Shown: piece by piece, positions 45,477 to 55,437 of the stretch | Layout of the letters: every line of letters starts with the position of its first letter | How positions within the stretch are numbered: position 1 is the first letter of the stretch | Source of the DNA: an uncultured Cytophagales bacterium | Lineage (GTDB): Bacteria; Bacteroidota; Bacteroidia; Cytophagales; Spirosomataceae | Assembly (NCBI GenBank): GCA_964626405.1 | Contig: CAZVFE010000001.1 | Span: forward strand, 1 to 58,206 | Direction of reading: 5' to 3' | DNA: 58,206 bases | Notes under the pieces: model-generated | The model's input: the letters and a program-made list of their open reading frames with translations, nothing else | Databases searched by the model: none | What the model was told of the DNA's origin: nothing | Translations under genes and position numbers: made by a program

Positions 45477-46418
45477 CTACTTTAGATATTTTAATTTAAT
45501 AATTTCTTGCTCTCCCAGGTATCTCCAATGACCCCTCGGTAAATCTTTCTTATTTAAAAATGCAAAAGTGGTACGATCCAATTTCGTAACATCATATCCC
45601 ACTTTTTCAAAGATTCTTCGTACAATTCGGTTTTTACCAGAATGAATCTTTAATCCTACTACATAACGGTCTGGTGTTACAATTGCAATATCATCTACCT
45701 TGATAAATCCATCCTCTAATTCCAAGCCCGACTTGATTTTTTCAAAATCTTCATCAGTGATTGGCTTATTTAATTCAGCTTGGTAAATTTTTTCTACTTC
45801 ATTCGAAGGATGTGTTAACTTATCCGCTAAATCCCCATCATTCGTTAACAATAATAATCCTGTAGTGTTCCTATCTAGTCTTCCTACAGGATAAATTCTG
45901 GCATCCGTAGCATTCTTCACCAATTCCATTACTGTTCTCCTTGATTCAGGATCCTCAGTTGTTGTAATGAAATCCTTTGGCTTATTTAATAATAAATAAA
46001 CCATTTTCTCTCTGCTCAATACCTTATTACCATATTTTACCACATCTCCAGGACCAACCTGAAATCCCATTTCCGTGACTACCTTATTATTAACACGAAT
46101 ATCCCCATTTTGAATTAATTTATCCGCATCCCTTCTAGAACAAATCCCAGCATTCGCAATGAAACGATTCAAACGAATATTATCCGTCTTCCTCTCCTCT
46201 TTTTCCATCTTCTTTTGAACACGAAACGAAGCCTTAGCCTTTATTTTATCAAAATGATATTTAGGCTCCTCAGATTTTTCATCAAAACGTGTTTTACTCT
46301 TGAAAATCTCTTTTCTACTCGTTTTCTTCTTGAAATTACCTTGATTATCTCTCGCAACATTCTTACCAGAACGTTCGTTATTAGAGTTAGAATTGGAATT
46401 GAAACTTCTCTTTTTCAT
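45477..46418 (-). CDS. RsuA/RluB-family 23S/16S rRNA pseudouridine synthase with an S4 domain and a basic low-complexity N-terminus.
   Basis: S4 domain IRLNRFIANAGICSRRDADKLI. Catalytic motif YPVGRLDRNTTGLLLLTNDGDL. The N-terminus is Lys/Arg/Ser/Asn-rich. Confidence 0.85.
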   Translation of the reverse strand: MKKRSFNSNSNSNNERSGKNVARDNQGNFKKKTSRKEIFKSKTRFDEKSEEPKYHFDKIKAKASFRVQKKMEKEERKTDNIRLNRFIANAGICSRRDADKLIQNGDIRVNNKVVTEMGFQVGPGDVVKYGNKVLSREKMVYLLLNKPKDFITTTEDPESRRTVMELVKNATDARIYPVGRLDRNTTGLLLLTNDGDLADKLTHPSNEVEKIYQAELNKPITDEDFEKIKSGLELEDGFIKVDDIAIVTPDRYVVGLKIHSGKNRIVRRIFEKVGYDVTKLDRTTFAFLNKKDLPRGHWRYLGEQEIIKLKYLK

Positions 46419-46543
46419 TTTAAGGATTCAACATCACTGCTGTATTTTGATTTTTTTGTATCTTAACGTAAATTATTAAAATCTCTCCACAAAGATAGTG
46501 AAATAATTCCTTAATTTATGATTTCAAATACATGATTACATAA

Positions 46544-48562
46544 ATGAATTTAGAACTTAGAATTAAATATCGCCTCCGCCAAACTAAAAACCTTATAATA
46601 GGAAGTTTAACCGCATTTATTTTTTCTTGCAGCTCCTCCCCAGAAGCTATTCAAAAGAAAACTTTGTCCTATTTTGAAAGAGGAGAATTTGAATTGGCTA
46701 TTCAAGAAAATAAAAAACTTATCTCTGACAATTTTAACCTTGCCAAATCTTCCTTCCTTACAGCAGAATCTTACAGACTCTCAAATAGAATAGACCAGGC
46801 TATCCCATTCTATGAAATGGCCCTTAAGGCTGGCAATGAAAATCCAATGATTTATTATCATTTAGCAATGGGACATAAATATTTGGGAGAATACGACTCA
46901 GAAAAAGAAAACCTTTTGCTTTTTCTAAGCAAAAAACCCATCAGAGATTATGAAATTAGAGCAGAACTTGAATTAGCCAATATTGAAAAAATACCAGAAC
47001 TTACCTCAAAAGAAAATTTTGTAAAAATTTACCCCCTAAAAGGAAATACCCCAAATGCAGAATTCTCTCCACAATTATTCGAAAATCAATTAATAATTTC
47101 CGCTTCAAATAAAAATCAAATCTATAAAAATAATGGACAACCCTTTATCGGCTTGTATAAGGTAAACCTTAAAAGTCCTACAGAAATTGAATCAACCTCT
47201 TTGTATAGTAATTCAATATTTAAAGAAAATGCAAATGAAGGAACTCCAGCCTTTTCAAAAGACGGAAGATTTATCATTTTCGCCAGAGGAAATACCGGTC
47301 AAAAAGGAGATAATAATGTAAACGTTGATCTCTATATGTCTAGAAATAATGGCTCAGGATGGTCTAATCCTGAAAAATTAGCTATTAGTGACTCCTTGGC
47401 TTGGGATGGCAGCCCTTGTTTCTCCTCGGATGGACGAACCTTGTATTTTGCATCTGATCGAAGAGGCGGGAAAGGTGGCCTAGATTTATACAGAGTAACA
47501 ATGGATAATGCTGGACGATTCGGAAGGCCTATCAATATGGGTTCTCAAATTAATACCCCAGGGGATGAAGTTTTCCCTTTTATTTCCGAAGATGGAAAAT
47601 TATATTTTTCCTCAAATGGCCACCCTGGAATTGGAGGTCTAGATTTATTTGTGGCTACAAGAAACGGGAATGATATCTTAATAGAACACCTAGGAATGCC
47701 CATGAATTCTACAGCAGATGATTTCGGATTAGTTGAGTCAGATCCAAATCATGGTTATTTCAGCTCAAATAGAAGTGGGGGCGCAGGGGATGATGATATA
47801 TATTATTATGTTGGAGGAGATAATGTGGAGAGATGGTGGTCCAACGATCCTATTCCAGAACCAGAAATTTCAGATAAAATTGTTAATTATTATTTAATCG
47901 CTGATGTGGTAGATACCAAAAACAATCCTATCAACAATGTGGATTATAAAATCAAAAGAAATGGGGAAAATTTCCTTAATAATAAAACCAATAATATTGG
48001 TGAGACAAGCAAATTGACCTTAGAGGAAAACGATGAAATCTCCTTTATTTTCGAAAAGAAAAATTATATCACTCAAAGAGCCAATTTTTCAATGGCTGGA
48101 AACATAATTCCTGAACAATTATTGAAAAAATCAGTTACAGATACAACATTTAAATTAAAAGTAATCTTAGATGAGCTGGAAATTGGAAAAGAAATTACAA
48201 ATATTATTCATCTGAATCCAATTTATTATGATTTAGATAAATCAGATATTCGTCCTGATGCAGCCAGCGAATTAGATAAAATAATCCAGTTTCTTAATGA
48301 TAATCCACAAATTCAATTAGAACTTGGCTCACATACAGACTCCAGAGCAAGTAATTCTTATAATCTAAGGCTTTCTCAAAGAAGAGCAGATTCGGCAGTA
48401 AATTATATTACTTCCAAGGGAATAGATGAAAGTAGAATAATTGGAAAAGGATATGGAGAAACTCAATTAATAAATGAATGTAGCAATGGGGTAGATTGCC
48501 CAGAAGAAAAACATCAAGAAAACCGTAGAACAGAATTTATCATAACAGATATTATTGAATAA
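46544..48562 (+). CDS. OmpA-family outer-membrane lipoprotein with TPR and TolB-like PD40 beta-propeller repeats.
   Basis: Lipobox-like AFIFS-C. TPR-like N-terminus. Repeated PAFSKDGRFIIFA, PCFSSDGRTLYFASDRRGGKGGLDLY and PFISEDGKLYFSSNGHPGIGGLDLF (PD40). C-terminal OmpA domain IYYDLDKSDIRPDAASELDKI...LGSHTDSRASNSYNLRLSQRRADSAV...NRRTEF. Confidence 0.85.
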   Translation: MNLELRIKYRLRQTKNLIIGSLTAFIFSCSSSPEAIQKKTLSYFERGEFELAIQENKKLISDNFNLAKSSFLTAESYRLSNRIDQAIPFYEMALKAGNENPMIYYHLAMGHKYLGEYDSEKENLLLFLSKKPIRDYEIRAELELANIEKIPELTSKENFVKIYPLKGNTPNAEFSPQLFENQLIISASNKNQIYKNNGQPFIGLYKVNLKSPTEIESTSLYSNSIFKENANEGTPAFSKDGRFIIFARGNTGQKGDNNVNVDLYMSRNNGSGWSNPEKLAISDSLAWDGSPCFSSDGRTLYFASDRRGGKGGLDLYRVTMDNAGRFGRPINMGSQINTPGDEVFPFISEDGKLYFSSNGHPGIGGLDLFVATRNGNDILIEHLGMPMNSTADDFGLVESDPNHGYFSSNRSGGAGDDDIYYYVGGDNVERWWSNDPIPEPEISDKIVNYYLIADVVDTKNNPINNVDYKIKRNGENFLNNKTNNIGETSKLTLEENDEISFIFEKKNYITQRANFSMAGNIIPEQLLKKSVTDTTFKLKVILDELEIGKEITNIIHLNPIYYDLDKSDIRPDAASELDKIIQFLNDNPQIQLELGSHTDSRASNSYNLRLSQRRADSAVNYITSKGIDESRIIGKGYGETQLINECSNGVDCPEEKHQENRRTEFIITDIIE

Positions 48563-49899
48563 TGAACTATTTACTTAAAGGGGGAACAATCGTTAATGAA
48601 GGAAAATTAATTTCAACAGATCTATTAATTAAAGATGGATTTATTGAAAAAATTGGAGAAAATTTAACTTTAGAACCCAATACTGAGGAAATAAATTGTG
48701 AAGGGAAATATATTTTTCCTGGAATGATTGATGATCAGGTACATTTTAGAGAACCCGGGCTTACCCATAAGGCAAATATTCAGACAGAAGCGATGGCTGC
48801 TGTTGCAGGAGGAGTAACATCTTTCATGGAAATGCCCAATACCGTTCCAAATGCCTTAACTCAAGAAATTTTAGAAGAAAAATATCAAATTGCCTCAAAA
48901 TCCTCAGTTGCCAATTACTCCTTTTTCATGGGCGCCAGCAATGATAATATTGAGGAAGTTAAAAAAACATCCCAAACAGATATTTGTGGATTAAAAATAT
49001 TTATGGGTTCTTCCACAGGTAACATGCTGGTAGACAAAGCAGAAATTTTGGAAAGATTATTTTGTGAAACCAATTTATTGATTGCTACCCATTGTGAAGA
49101 TGAAGCTACTGTTAGAAGAAATCTAGAACATTACAAAGAATTATATCCAACAAACCCAAACCCAAACCTTCATCCAATTATTCGTAATGTTGAAGCTTGT
49201 TATCTATCTTCTTCCAAAGCAGTAGAATTAGCAAAAAAATGTAATGCAAGATTGCATATTCTTCATATTTCTACGGCAGAAGAATTAGATTTATTTGATA
49301 ATTCTATCCCTTTAAAAGAAAAGAATATTACAGCAGAAGTTTGCGTGCACCATTTATTTTTCGATGCAAATGACTATAATTCAAAAGGAAATTTAATTAA
49401 ATGTAATCCGGCAATAAAAGAAGAACGGCATAAAAAAGCAATTCTAAAGGCCTTAAAAGATGATAGGATTGATGTTATTGCAACCGATCACGCTCCTCAT
49501 ACTTGGGAAGAAAAACAAAATGACTATTGGTCTGCCCCATCCGGATTACCCCTTGTTCAACATCCTTTATTAATTCTATTTGATTTTTATAAAAAAGGAG
49601 AAATTGATCTTCCATTGATAGCAAGAAAAACAGCTCATGCTGTAGCAGATTGTTTTAATATAGATCGAAGAGGTTATTTAAGAGAAGGCTATTGGGCAGA
49701 TTTATTCATCGCTGATTTGGAAACATCAACCACTGTAAAAAAAGAAGATTTATTTTATAAATGCGGTTGGTCACCATTAGAAGGAATGAAGTTCCCTGCA
49801 AAAATTGAAAAAACCTTTGTTTCAGGAAATCTCGTATTTTCAAATGGCAAAATAATTAATGAAACAAATGGACATAGACTTAAATTTAATCGGGATTAA
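48562..49899 (+). CDS. pyrC: Dihydroorotase (cyclic amidohydrolase, type I-like).
   Basis: PGMIDDQVHFREPGLTHK, LKIFMGSSTG (carboxylated-Lys position), ATHCED, HILHIST and ATDHAPH. The first metal motif reads Q-x-H instead of H-x-H. Confidence 0.75.
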   Translation: MNYLLKGGTIVNEGKLISTDLLIKDGFIEKIGENLTLEPNTEEINCEGKYIFPGMIDDQVHFREPGLTHKANIQTEAMAAVAGGVTSFMEMPNTVPNALTQEILEEKYQIASKSSVANYSFFMGASNDNIEEVKKTSQTDICGLKIFMGSSTGNMLVDKAEILERLFCETNLLIATHCEDEATVRRNLEHYKELYPTNPNPNLHPIIRNVEACYLSSSKAVELAKKCNARLHILHISTAEELDLFDNSIPLKEKNITAEVCVHHLFFDANDYNSKGNLIKCNPAIKEERHKKAILKALKDDRIDVIATDHAPHTWEEKQNDYWSAPSGLPLVQHPLLILFDFYKKGEIDLPLIARKTAHAVADCFNIDRRGYLREGYWADLFIADLETSTTVKKEDLFYKCGWSPLEGMKFPAKIEKTFVSGNLVFSNGKIINETNGHRLKFNRD

Positions 49900-50474
49900 T
49901 GTTAAAACCCTATTTTAATATTAATTTAATAGAAGCTGGCTTAGATGAAGTTGGAAGAGGCTGCCTGGCAGGTCCAGTTGTTGCTGCCGCAGTCATTTTA
50001 CCTAAAAACTTTTCCCACCCACTGTTAAACGATTCTAAACAGCTAAATGAGAAAGAAAGAAAAATAGTTAAAAAACTGATTATTGAAGAGGCAATTGCTT
50101 ATTCAATTTCAGAAATAAGTGCTGAAGAAATAGATAAAATAAATATTCTAAAAGCAAGTATTAAGGCAATGCACCTTTGTATCGATAAATTAAAAGTTAA
50201 ACCTGAACATTTATTGGTCGACGGAAATCGGTTTTACGCCTACCCTTTGATACCACATACTTGTATTATTAAAGGGGATGCAAAGTTCCAATCCATTGCT
50301 GCCGCATCTATACTGGCTAAAGAATATAGAGATGATTTAATGAAAAATATGGCCAATAAATACCCTGGCTATGCTTGGGAAAAGAATATGGGTTACCCTA
50401 CAAAAAAACACAAGGAGGGAATAAAAAAAATTGGACTTTCCCCAATACATCGTTTAAGCTTTAAATCAAATTAG
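49899..50474 (+). CDS. rnhB: Ribonuclease HII.
   Basis: AGLDEVGRGCLAGPVVAAAVIL, DSKQL, LVDGN and ASILAKEYRD. Confidence 0.92.
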   Translation: MLKPYFNINLIEAGLDEVGRGCLAGPVVAAAVILPKNFSHPLLNDSKQLNEKERKIVKKLIIEEAIAYSISEISAEEIDKINILKASIKAMHLCIDKLKVKPEHLLVDGNRFYAYPLIPHTCIIKGDAKFQSIAAASILAKEYRDDLMKNMANKYPGYAWEKNMGYPTKKHKEGIKKIGLSPIHRLSFKSN

Positions 50475-50518
50475 AAAGGAAATAAAAAAACTTTATTAAA
50501 TTGAAAAAAAATATCTAA

Positions 50519-53500
50519 ATGAAAAATTTTATCAATATTCTATTTATAATAATTTTTACCTCAACATTTTCGGTTGCTCAAAGCCTAAACTCTCGAGTTT
50601 TAAATAATGATATTGATTTAAATTCTCTTTCGAAAGAATTTGACCTAAAATTTAAGAATGATTTAGAAAAAGCTAAAAAATTAAATATTAAATTAATTGA
50701 TACATTGGGTAAGGATAAACTTCTTTACCTAAATAGTTTTACTAAAGAAGGAGAGCCACTTTATTTGACTAATTTTTCAACCACCAATGCAGGAAAAAAT
50801 GTAAGAATAAATTCATTGTATCTTGGAGGAGATCTTGGATTAAATTTAGATGGAAGTTCTACTCTAATTAAAGATAAACTTGGTATGTGGGATGGAGGCA
50901 ATGTGAATTCAAACCACCAAGAAATGACAGGAAGGGTTCAAAACTTAGATTCTTCACCTGTCTCAGAACATTCCTCCCATGTTGCTGGAATAATGATCGC
51001 TTCCGGAATCAATAAGGACGTAAGAGGAATGGCATTTAAGGCCAATTTAAAAGCCTGGAATTTTACGAATGATATTTCTGAAATAACAGCAAATGCAAAA
51101 AACTTGGATGGTAGCCCTAAACTTTTAATCACAAATCATTCTTATGGTTATCAAGCAGGTTGGGCATTCGATTCTAACGTAAATAAATGGAGATGGTATG
51201 GAAATACGACAATTTCTAAAACAAAAGATTATAAATTCGGACAATATGATAATAGCTCAGCTTCCTTAGATCGCCTAGCTTTTAATGCTCCATATCTTTT
51301 AATGGTAAAATCTGCAGGAAATAATAGAGATTCAAATGGCCCAACAAATAATGAAACCTATTATTTAGGGTCAGGAACAGATACTTCAACTGTAAGTAGA
51401 TCCCCAAATAATAGTTATGATATCATTTCTACGACAGGAAATGCAAAAAATATTTTAACTGTTGGGGCAGTTAATATGAACTATCGTTTTCCGTTCCTTA
51501 TTTCCGATATTAAAATGTCTGATTATAGTTCTTGGGGACCTACCGATGATGGGAGAATTAAACCAGATCTTGTGGGTGTTGGTACAAACCTGCTTTCTAT
51601 TTTTACAGGAACAAATGATTACCAACTATCCACTGGAACATCAATGTCTTCCCCAAATGTGGCAGGATCCTTATTATTATTACAAGAATTATATACCAAT
51701 TTGAATAATGATTACCTAAAAGGTGCAACATTAAAAGGAATTGCGCTACATACTTCCTTGGATATTATTGAAAAGGGTCCAGATTATCAATCAGGATGGG
51801 GTCTATTAGATATGAAAGAAGCTGCAAAATTAATTCAAAATAATGGCACAAAATCCTTAATTTTAGAAGACAAACTTCTTCCAAAAGGAATAAAATCTCT
51901 TGATGTAATAGCTAGTGGAGATGGAAATCTTGAAGCCTCGATTTCTTGGTATGACCCTGCTGCAGAAGAACAAGGTTCAGTTCTGGATGATAAAACAAAA
52001 AAATTAATTAATGATTTAGATATCAGAATTCAAGATAAAACAACGTCTGAAATTTTCCTACCATTCATATTAGACCCGGCTAAACCTGCTAATCCTGCAA
52101 CTAACGGAGATAACGTTTTAGATAATTTTGAAAAAATTATTATTCCAAAAACCATACCCGGTAGAACCTATACGATCACGGTAAATCATAAAAAAGATAC
52201 CCTAAAAAATAATTACCAAGATTATAGTTTAATCATATCAGGAATCGGAGGAGTAGAAGGCTCATATCCAAATTTAAGTTTCTCAAGTCCAACGAATCAT
52301 ATTGATTCAGTAGTTATTCAAAATATTAAAAATCCATCTGAATATATTAATTCAGAAATTGGGGGAAAGGATAGTCTTAGCATCTATTTCAATAATTCAA
52401 ATTCAAAATCCATCGTTTTCCTAGTGGATTGGAATAATGATGGTGATTTTAATGATGCCCAAGAAAAAGTATTCCAAAATAATAATTATACTTCCAATTT
52501 ATTTTCTACCAATATCCAACTTCCAAAAGATCTAAATTTACAAGAAAATAAAATACTAAGATCTAGATTATTAGTTTCTAATTCCACCATCACAGATATA
52601 AATTCAACTAGTTTTTCAAGTGGTGAATTAAAAGAATATTTATTTAAATTAATTCCTTCATCAAATGATTTATCAATAGTTGATCTAAACCAATCTGGAG
52701 GAGAATTTTGTCCGACCAATGGCAATTCAAATTTCTATGCCAAGGTCAAAAATTTAGGCACAAAAGATCGAGTTGAATATAAAGTAAAATTATCCGTATT
52801 ACAAGGAAATACAGTAATTAAGACAACAACAACAGATTTAGTATCGATCCTTCGAGGAACAGAAAATGAGGTTCAAATAAATACAGACCTTTTGGTATTG
52901 GATGGACAATCCTATAATTATAAAGCAGAAATTGTTTTTGAAGAGGACCAAAATTTATTAAATAATACCTTTGAAATTACCAAAACAATAAATAATTCCT
53001 CAGCCCCAGTTACTCAAGGTTTTAGTTGTACTGGTACAGAAGATTTTATATTGAAGTCCTTGGACGGAAAAACTGTCAATTGGTCTGACGATACTAATTT
53101 CCTAGGAATTGGCGAAACATTTAAAGCCACAAATATCACTAATCCTAAAGCTTATATAGGAGGAGTAAATTTTGGAATGGGCCCTATTTCTAAAGATGAT
53201 TTTGGAGGAGGAACTTATTATGAAAATTTTGGTCCAGCACCAATATTTAATGTTAGCACGCCAATAATATTAGAAAAGGCAAGAATTTATACTGCAGATT
53301 CAGGAAAAATATATTTTGATCTTTACAATTTTGACTCAGGTGAATTAATCACAAGTATTTCAAAAGATGTACCTAAAACAAGAATATTAACGGATACCAA
53401 CAGAGTAAATAATCAAATTCCGGGTGACCCAAATGATCCAGGAATTGAAATAAATTTAAATTTACAATTTCCAAAAGCTGGGAAATATGTATTATTTCAA

Positions 53501-54454
53501 ACTTGTACAGAAGGGTCAAATATTTATCGATCCAATATTCCTAAAGATGGTTCTGCAACTTTACCCTCTGGTGGAAATATAGGTTTCCCTTATTCAAAAA
53601 ATGGGATTATTAATTTAGAAGGTTCCTATTATAATGGAGAGGTTATTAAAACTGGATATTATTATTACTATGATATGAAATTTATTTCTCCAGGTTGTAA
53701 ATCCGATATTGTGGATGTCCCTCTTACCGCATCTACCCCTCCTACTGTGTCAATTAATTCAATTGGAGTAGATACAGTTTGCGGAGGATCAACTGGAGAT
53801 ACCCTTAGAATCTCAAATATTTCAGCTGGGGCTACCGGATTATGGTTCTTAAATGATGCTTCAACAGGTAATACAAGTGATTCCATTCTTACTAAAACTG
53901 AAGGAATTTACAAATTAGTTGCTACGAATCAAGATGGGTGTTCAACTTCCTCTGATACTTATCAATTAACGATTGACAGACCAGAAACACCAAAACTAAC
54001 TTTAAACTCTGGCAAAATTATCGCCAGCTATGGGTCATCCTTCCAATGGTATCAAGATGGTTTCCCAATTGATGGAGCCACAGAAAAGGAATATTTAGTT
54101 TTAGAGACTGGGAATTATTTCGTTGTAATTAAAAATGATAAGGGTTGTAGTGCTAAATCCGCATCCTATGATCTTACTATCATGTCTACTCCTTTAATTG
54201 AGCCGGTAAATTCATTTAATCTATATCCAAATCCAAGCAAGGGTAATCTTACTATTTCTATACCAGACGATATTGCAAAAAAAGGTTATAGTTTTAAAAT
54301 ATTTGACGCTACAGGAGGCATTAAATTGGAGAAAAATTCAATTATTAATACCAATAAGATTAGTTTAGATATTAATGAATTAAGTCCAGGATTATATTTC
54401 CTTATGGTTCCTGAAATGCCAACCAATAAAGTGATTAAATTTATTAAGGAATAA
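50519..54454 (+). CDS. Large secreted S8 (subtilisin-family) serine peptidase with a GEVED-like domain, Ig-like repeats and a T9SS C-terminal sorting domain.
   Basis: Signal peptide. Triad contexts GMWDGGNV (Asp125), HSSHVAGIM (His154) and GTSMSSPNVAG (Ser375, nt 51641-51643). VDWNNDGDFND (GEVED-like). C-terminal FNLYPNPSKGNLTISIP...GLYFLMV...KVIKFIKE (T9SS type A CTD). Confidence 0.88.
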   Translation: MKNFINILFIIIFTSTFSVAQSLNSRVLNNDIDLNSLSKEFDLKFKNDLEKAKKLNIKLIDTLGKDKLLYLNSFTKEGEPLYLTNFSTTNAGKNVRINSLYLGGDLGLNLDGSSTLIKDKLGMWDGGNVNSNHQEMTGRVQNLDSSPVSEHSSHVAGIMIASGINKDVRGMAFKANLKAWNFTNDISEITANAKNLDGSPKLLITNHSYGYQAGWAFDSNVNKWRWYGNTTISKTKDYKFGQYDNSSASLDRLAFNAPYLLMVKSAGNNRDSNGPTNNETYYLGSGTDTSTVSRSPNNSYDIISTTGNAKNILTVGAVNMNYRFPFLISDIKMSDYSSWGPTDDGRIKPDLVGVGTNLLSIFTGTNDYQLSTGTSMSSPNVAGSLLLLQELYTNLNNDYLKGATLKGIALHTSLDIIEKGPDYQSGWGLLDMKEAAKLIQNNGTKSLILEDKLLPKGIKSLDVIASGDGNLEASISWYDPAAEEQGSVLDDKTKKLINDLDIRIQDKTTSEIFLPFILDPAKPANPATNGDNVLDNFEKIIIPKTIPGRTYTITVNHKKDTLKNNYQDYSLIISGIGGVEGSYPNLSFSSPTNHIDSVVIQNIKNPSEYINSEIGGKDSLSIYFNNSNSKSIVFLVDWNNDGDFNDAQEKVFQNNNYTSNLFSTNIQLPKDLNLQENKILRSRLLVSNSTITDINSTSFSSGELKEYLFKLIPSSNDLSIVDLNQSGGEFCPTNGNSNFYAKVKNLGTKDRVEYKVKLSVLQGNTVIKTTTTDLVSILRGTENEVQINTDLLVLDGQSYNYKAEIVFEEDQNLLNNTFEITKTINNSSAPVTQGFSCTGTEDFILKSLDGKTVNWSDDTNFLGIGETFKATNITNPKAYIGGVNFGMGPISKDDFGGGTYYENFGPAPIFNVSTPIILEKARIYTADSGKIYFDLYNFDSGELITSISKDVPKTRILTDTNRVNNQIPGDPNDPGIEINLNLQFPKAGKYVLFQTCTEGSNIYRSNIPKDGSATLPSGGNIGFPYSKNGIINLEGSYYNGEVIKTGYYYYYDMKFISPGCKSDIVDVPLTASTPPTVSINSIGVDTVCGGSTGDTLRISNISAGATGLWFLNDASTGNTSDSILTKTEGIYKLVATNQDGCSTSSDTYQLTIDRPETPKLTLNSGKIIASYGSSFQWYQDGFPIDGATEKEYLVLETGNYFVVIKNDKGCSAKSASYDLTIMSTPLIEPVNSFNLYPNPSKGNLTISIPDDIAKKGYSFKIFDATGGIKLEKNSIINTNKISLDINELSPGLYFLMVPEMPTNKVIKFIKE

Positions 54455-55430
54455 TTCGAACAATTTTCCTACCAAAAGAAGTTCCGTCCAACATTTTATT
54501 TAAATGGATCGGAACTTCTTCCATATTTATTTCTTGAATAATTGGATTTAAATCTACCTTCCAATCATTATTTAATAAGTCCCAAATAGATTTTTTATAT
54601 TCTAAAGGTGAATCTGCTGAATTAATCCCTAATACTTTTATTCCTCTTAAAATAAATGGAAATACTTCTAAATCCATTTTGGTGGAATTAGCCATTCCAC
54701 AAACAGCGACAGACCCTCCCATTTGAACGGACTTTATAATTTTCACCAATATATCACCTCCAACGGTATCAATTGCACCAGAAAATTCCATTGGATATAA
54801 AGCTCTTGATGTATCTTTCAAAAAATCATTAACATCCAAAACTTCATCAACAGAAAGTGTTTTAAAAATTGGGAAATCGGTTTTTCTAGTTAAAGCAATT
54901 ACTCTGAAACCCAATTTTTTTAAAATAATGATGGAGATTAAACCAAGCCCTCCAGAAGCACCACTTACAAGGACTGGTTTGTCTTTGGAAATATCATTTT
55001 TCAATAATTGAAAAACTGCCATCCCTGCCGTTAAGCCGGCTGTACCTAATTCCATTTGATACCGGAAAGAATTAAATTTTGAAGCTTCAATTATCCAATC
55101 AGATGGTACAGAAATATATTCTGAAATTCCACCATGCGTGTTCATCCCCATATCAAACCCGGTAACTAATACCTTGGACCCTCGTTTAAACTGATTTGTT
55201 GGATCTTCTACAACTTCTCCAATCGCATCAATTCCAGGGATATGCGGATAGTTTCTAGTAACCCCTTTATGACCAGAATATGAAAGAGCATCTTTATAAT
55301 TCAAAGAAGAATAATGGACTTTAATGAGTACACCATCTTCTTTTAGAAAATTCATTGGAAGATTTACAATTGAATTTATTACCTCATTCTGTGGTGAAAT
55401 TTGAGTTAGAAGAGCTTTAAATTTTTCCAT
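54444..55430 (-). CDS. YhdH/YhfP (AcuI-like) family NADPH:quinone/enoyl reductase, MDR superfamily.
   Basis: SSLNYKDAL, PHIPGIDAIGEV and VLVSGASGGLG (nucleotide-binding). 328 aa. Confidence 0.8.
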   Translation of the reverse strand: MEKFKALLTQISPQNEVINSIVNLPMNFLKEDGVLIKVHYSSLNYKDALSYSGHKGVTRNYPHIPGIDAIGEVVEDPTNQFKRGSKVLVTGFDMGMNTHGGISEYISVPSDWIIEASKFNSFRYQMELGTAGLTAGMAVFQLLKNDISKDKPVLVSGASGGLGLISIIILKKLGFRVIALTRKTDFPIFKTLSVDEVLDVNDFLKDTSRALYPMEFSGAIDTVGGDILVKIIKSVQMGGSVAVCGMANSTKMDLEVFPFILRGIKVLGINSADSPLEYKKSIWDLLNNDWKVDLNPIIQEINMEEVPIHLNKMLDGTSFGRKIVRIIP

Positions 55431-55437
55431 TATTTTC

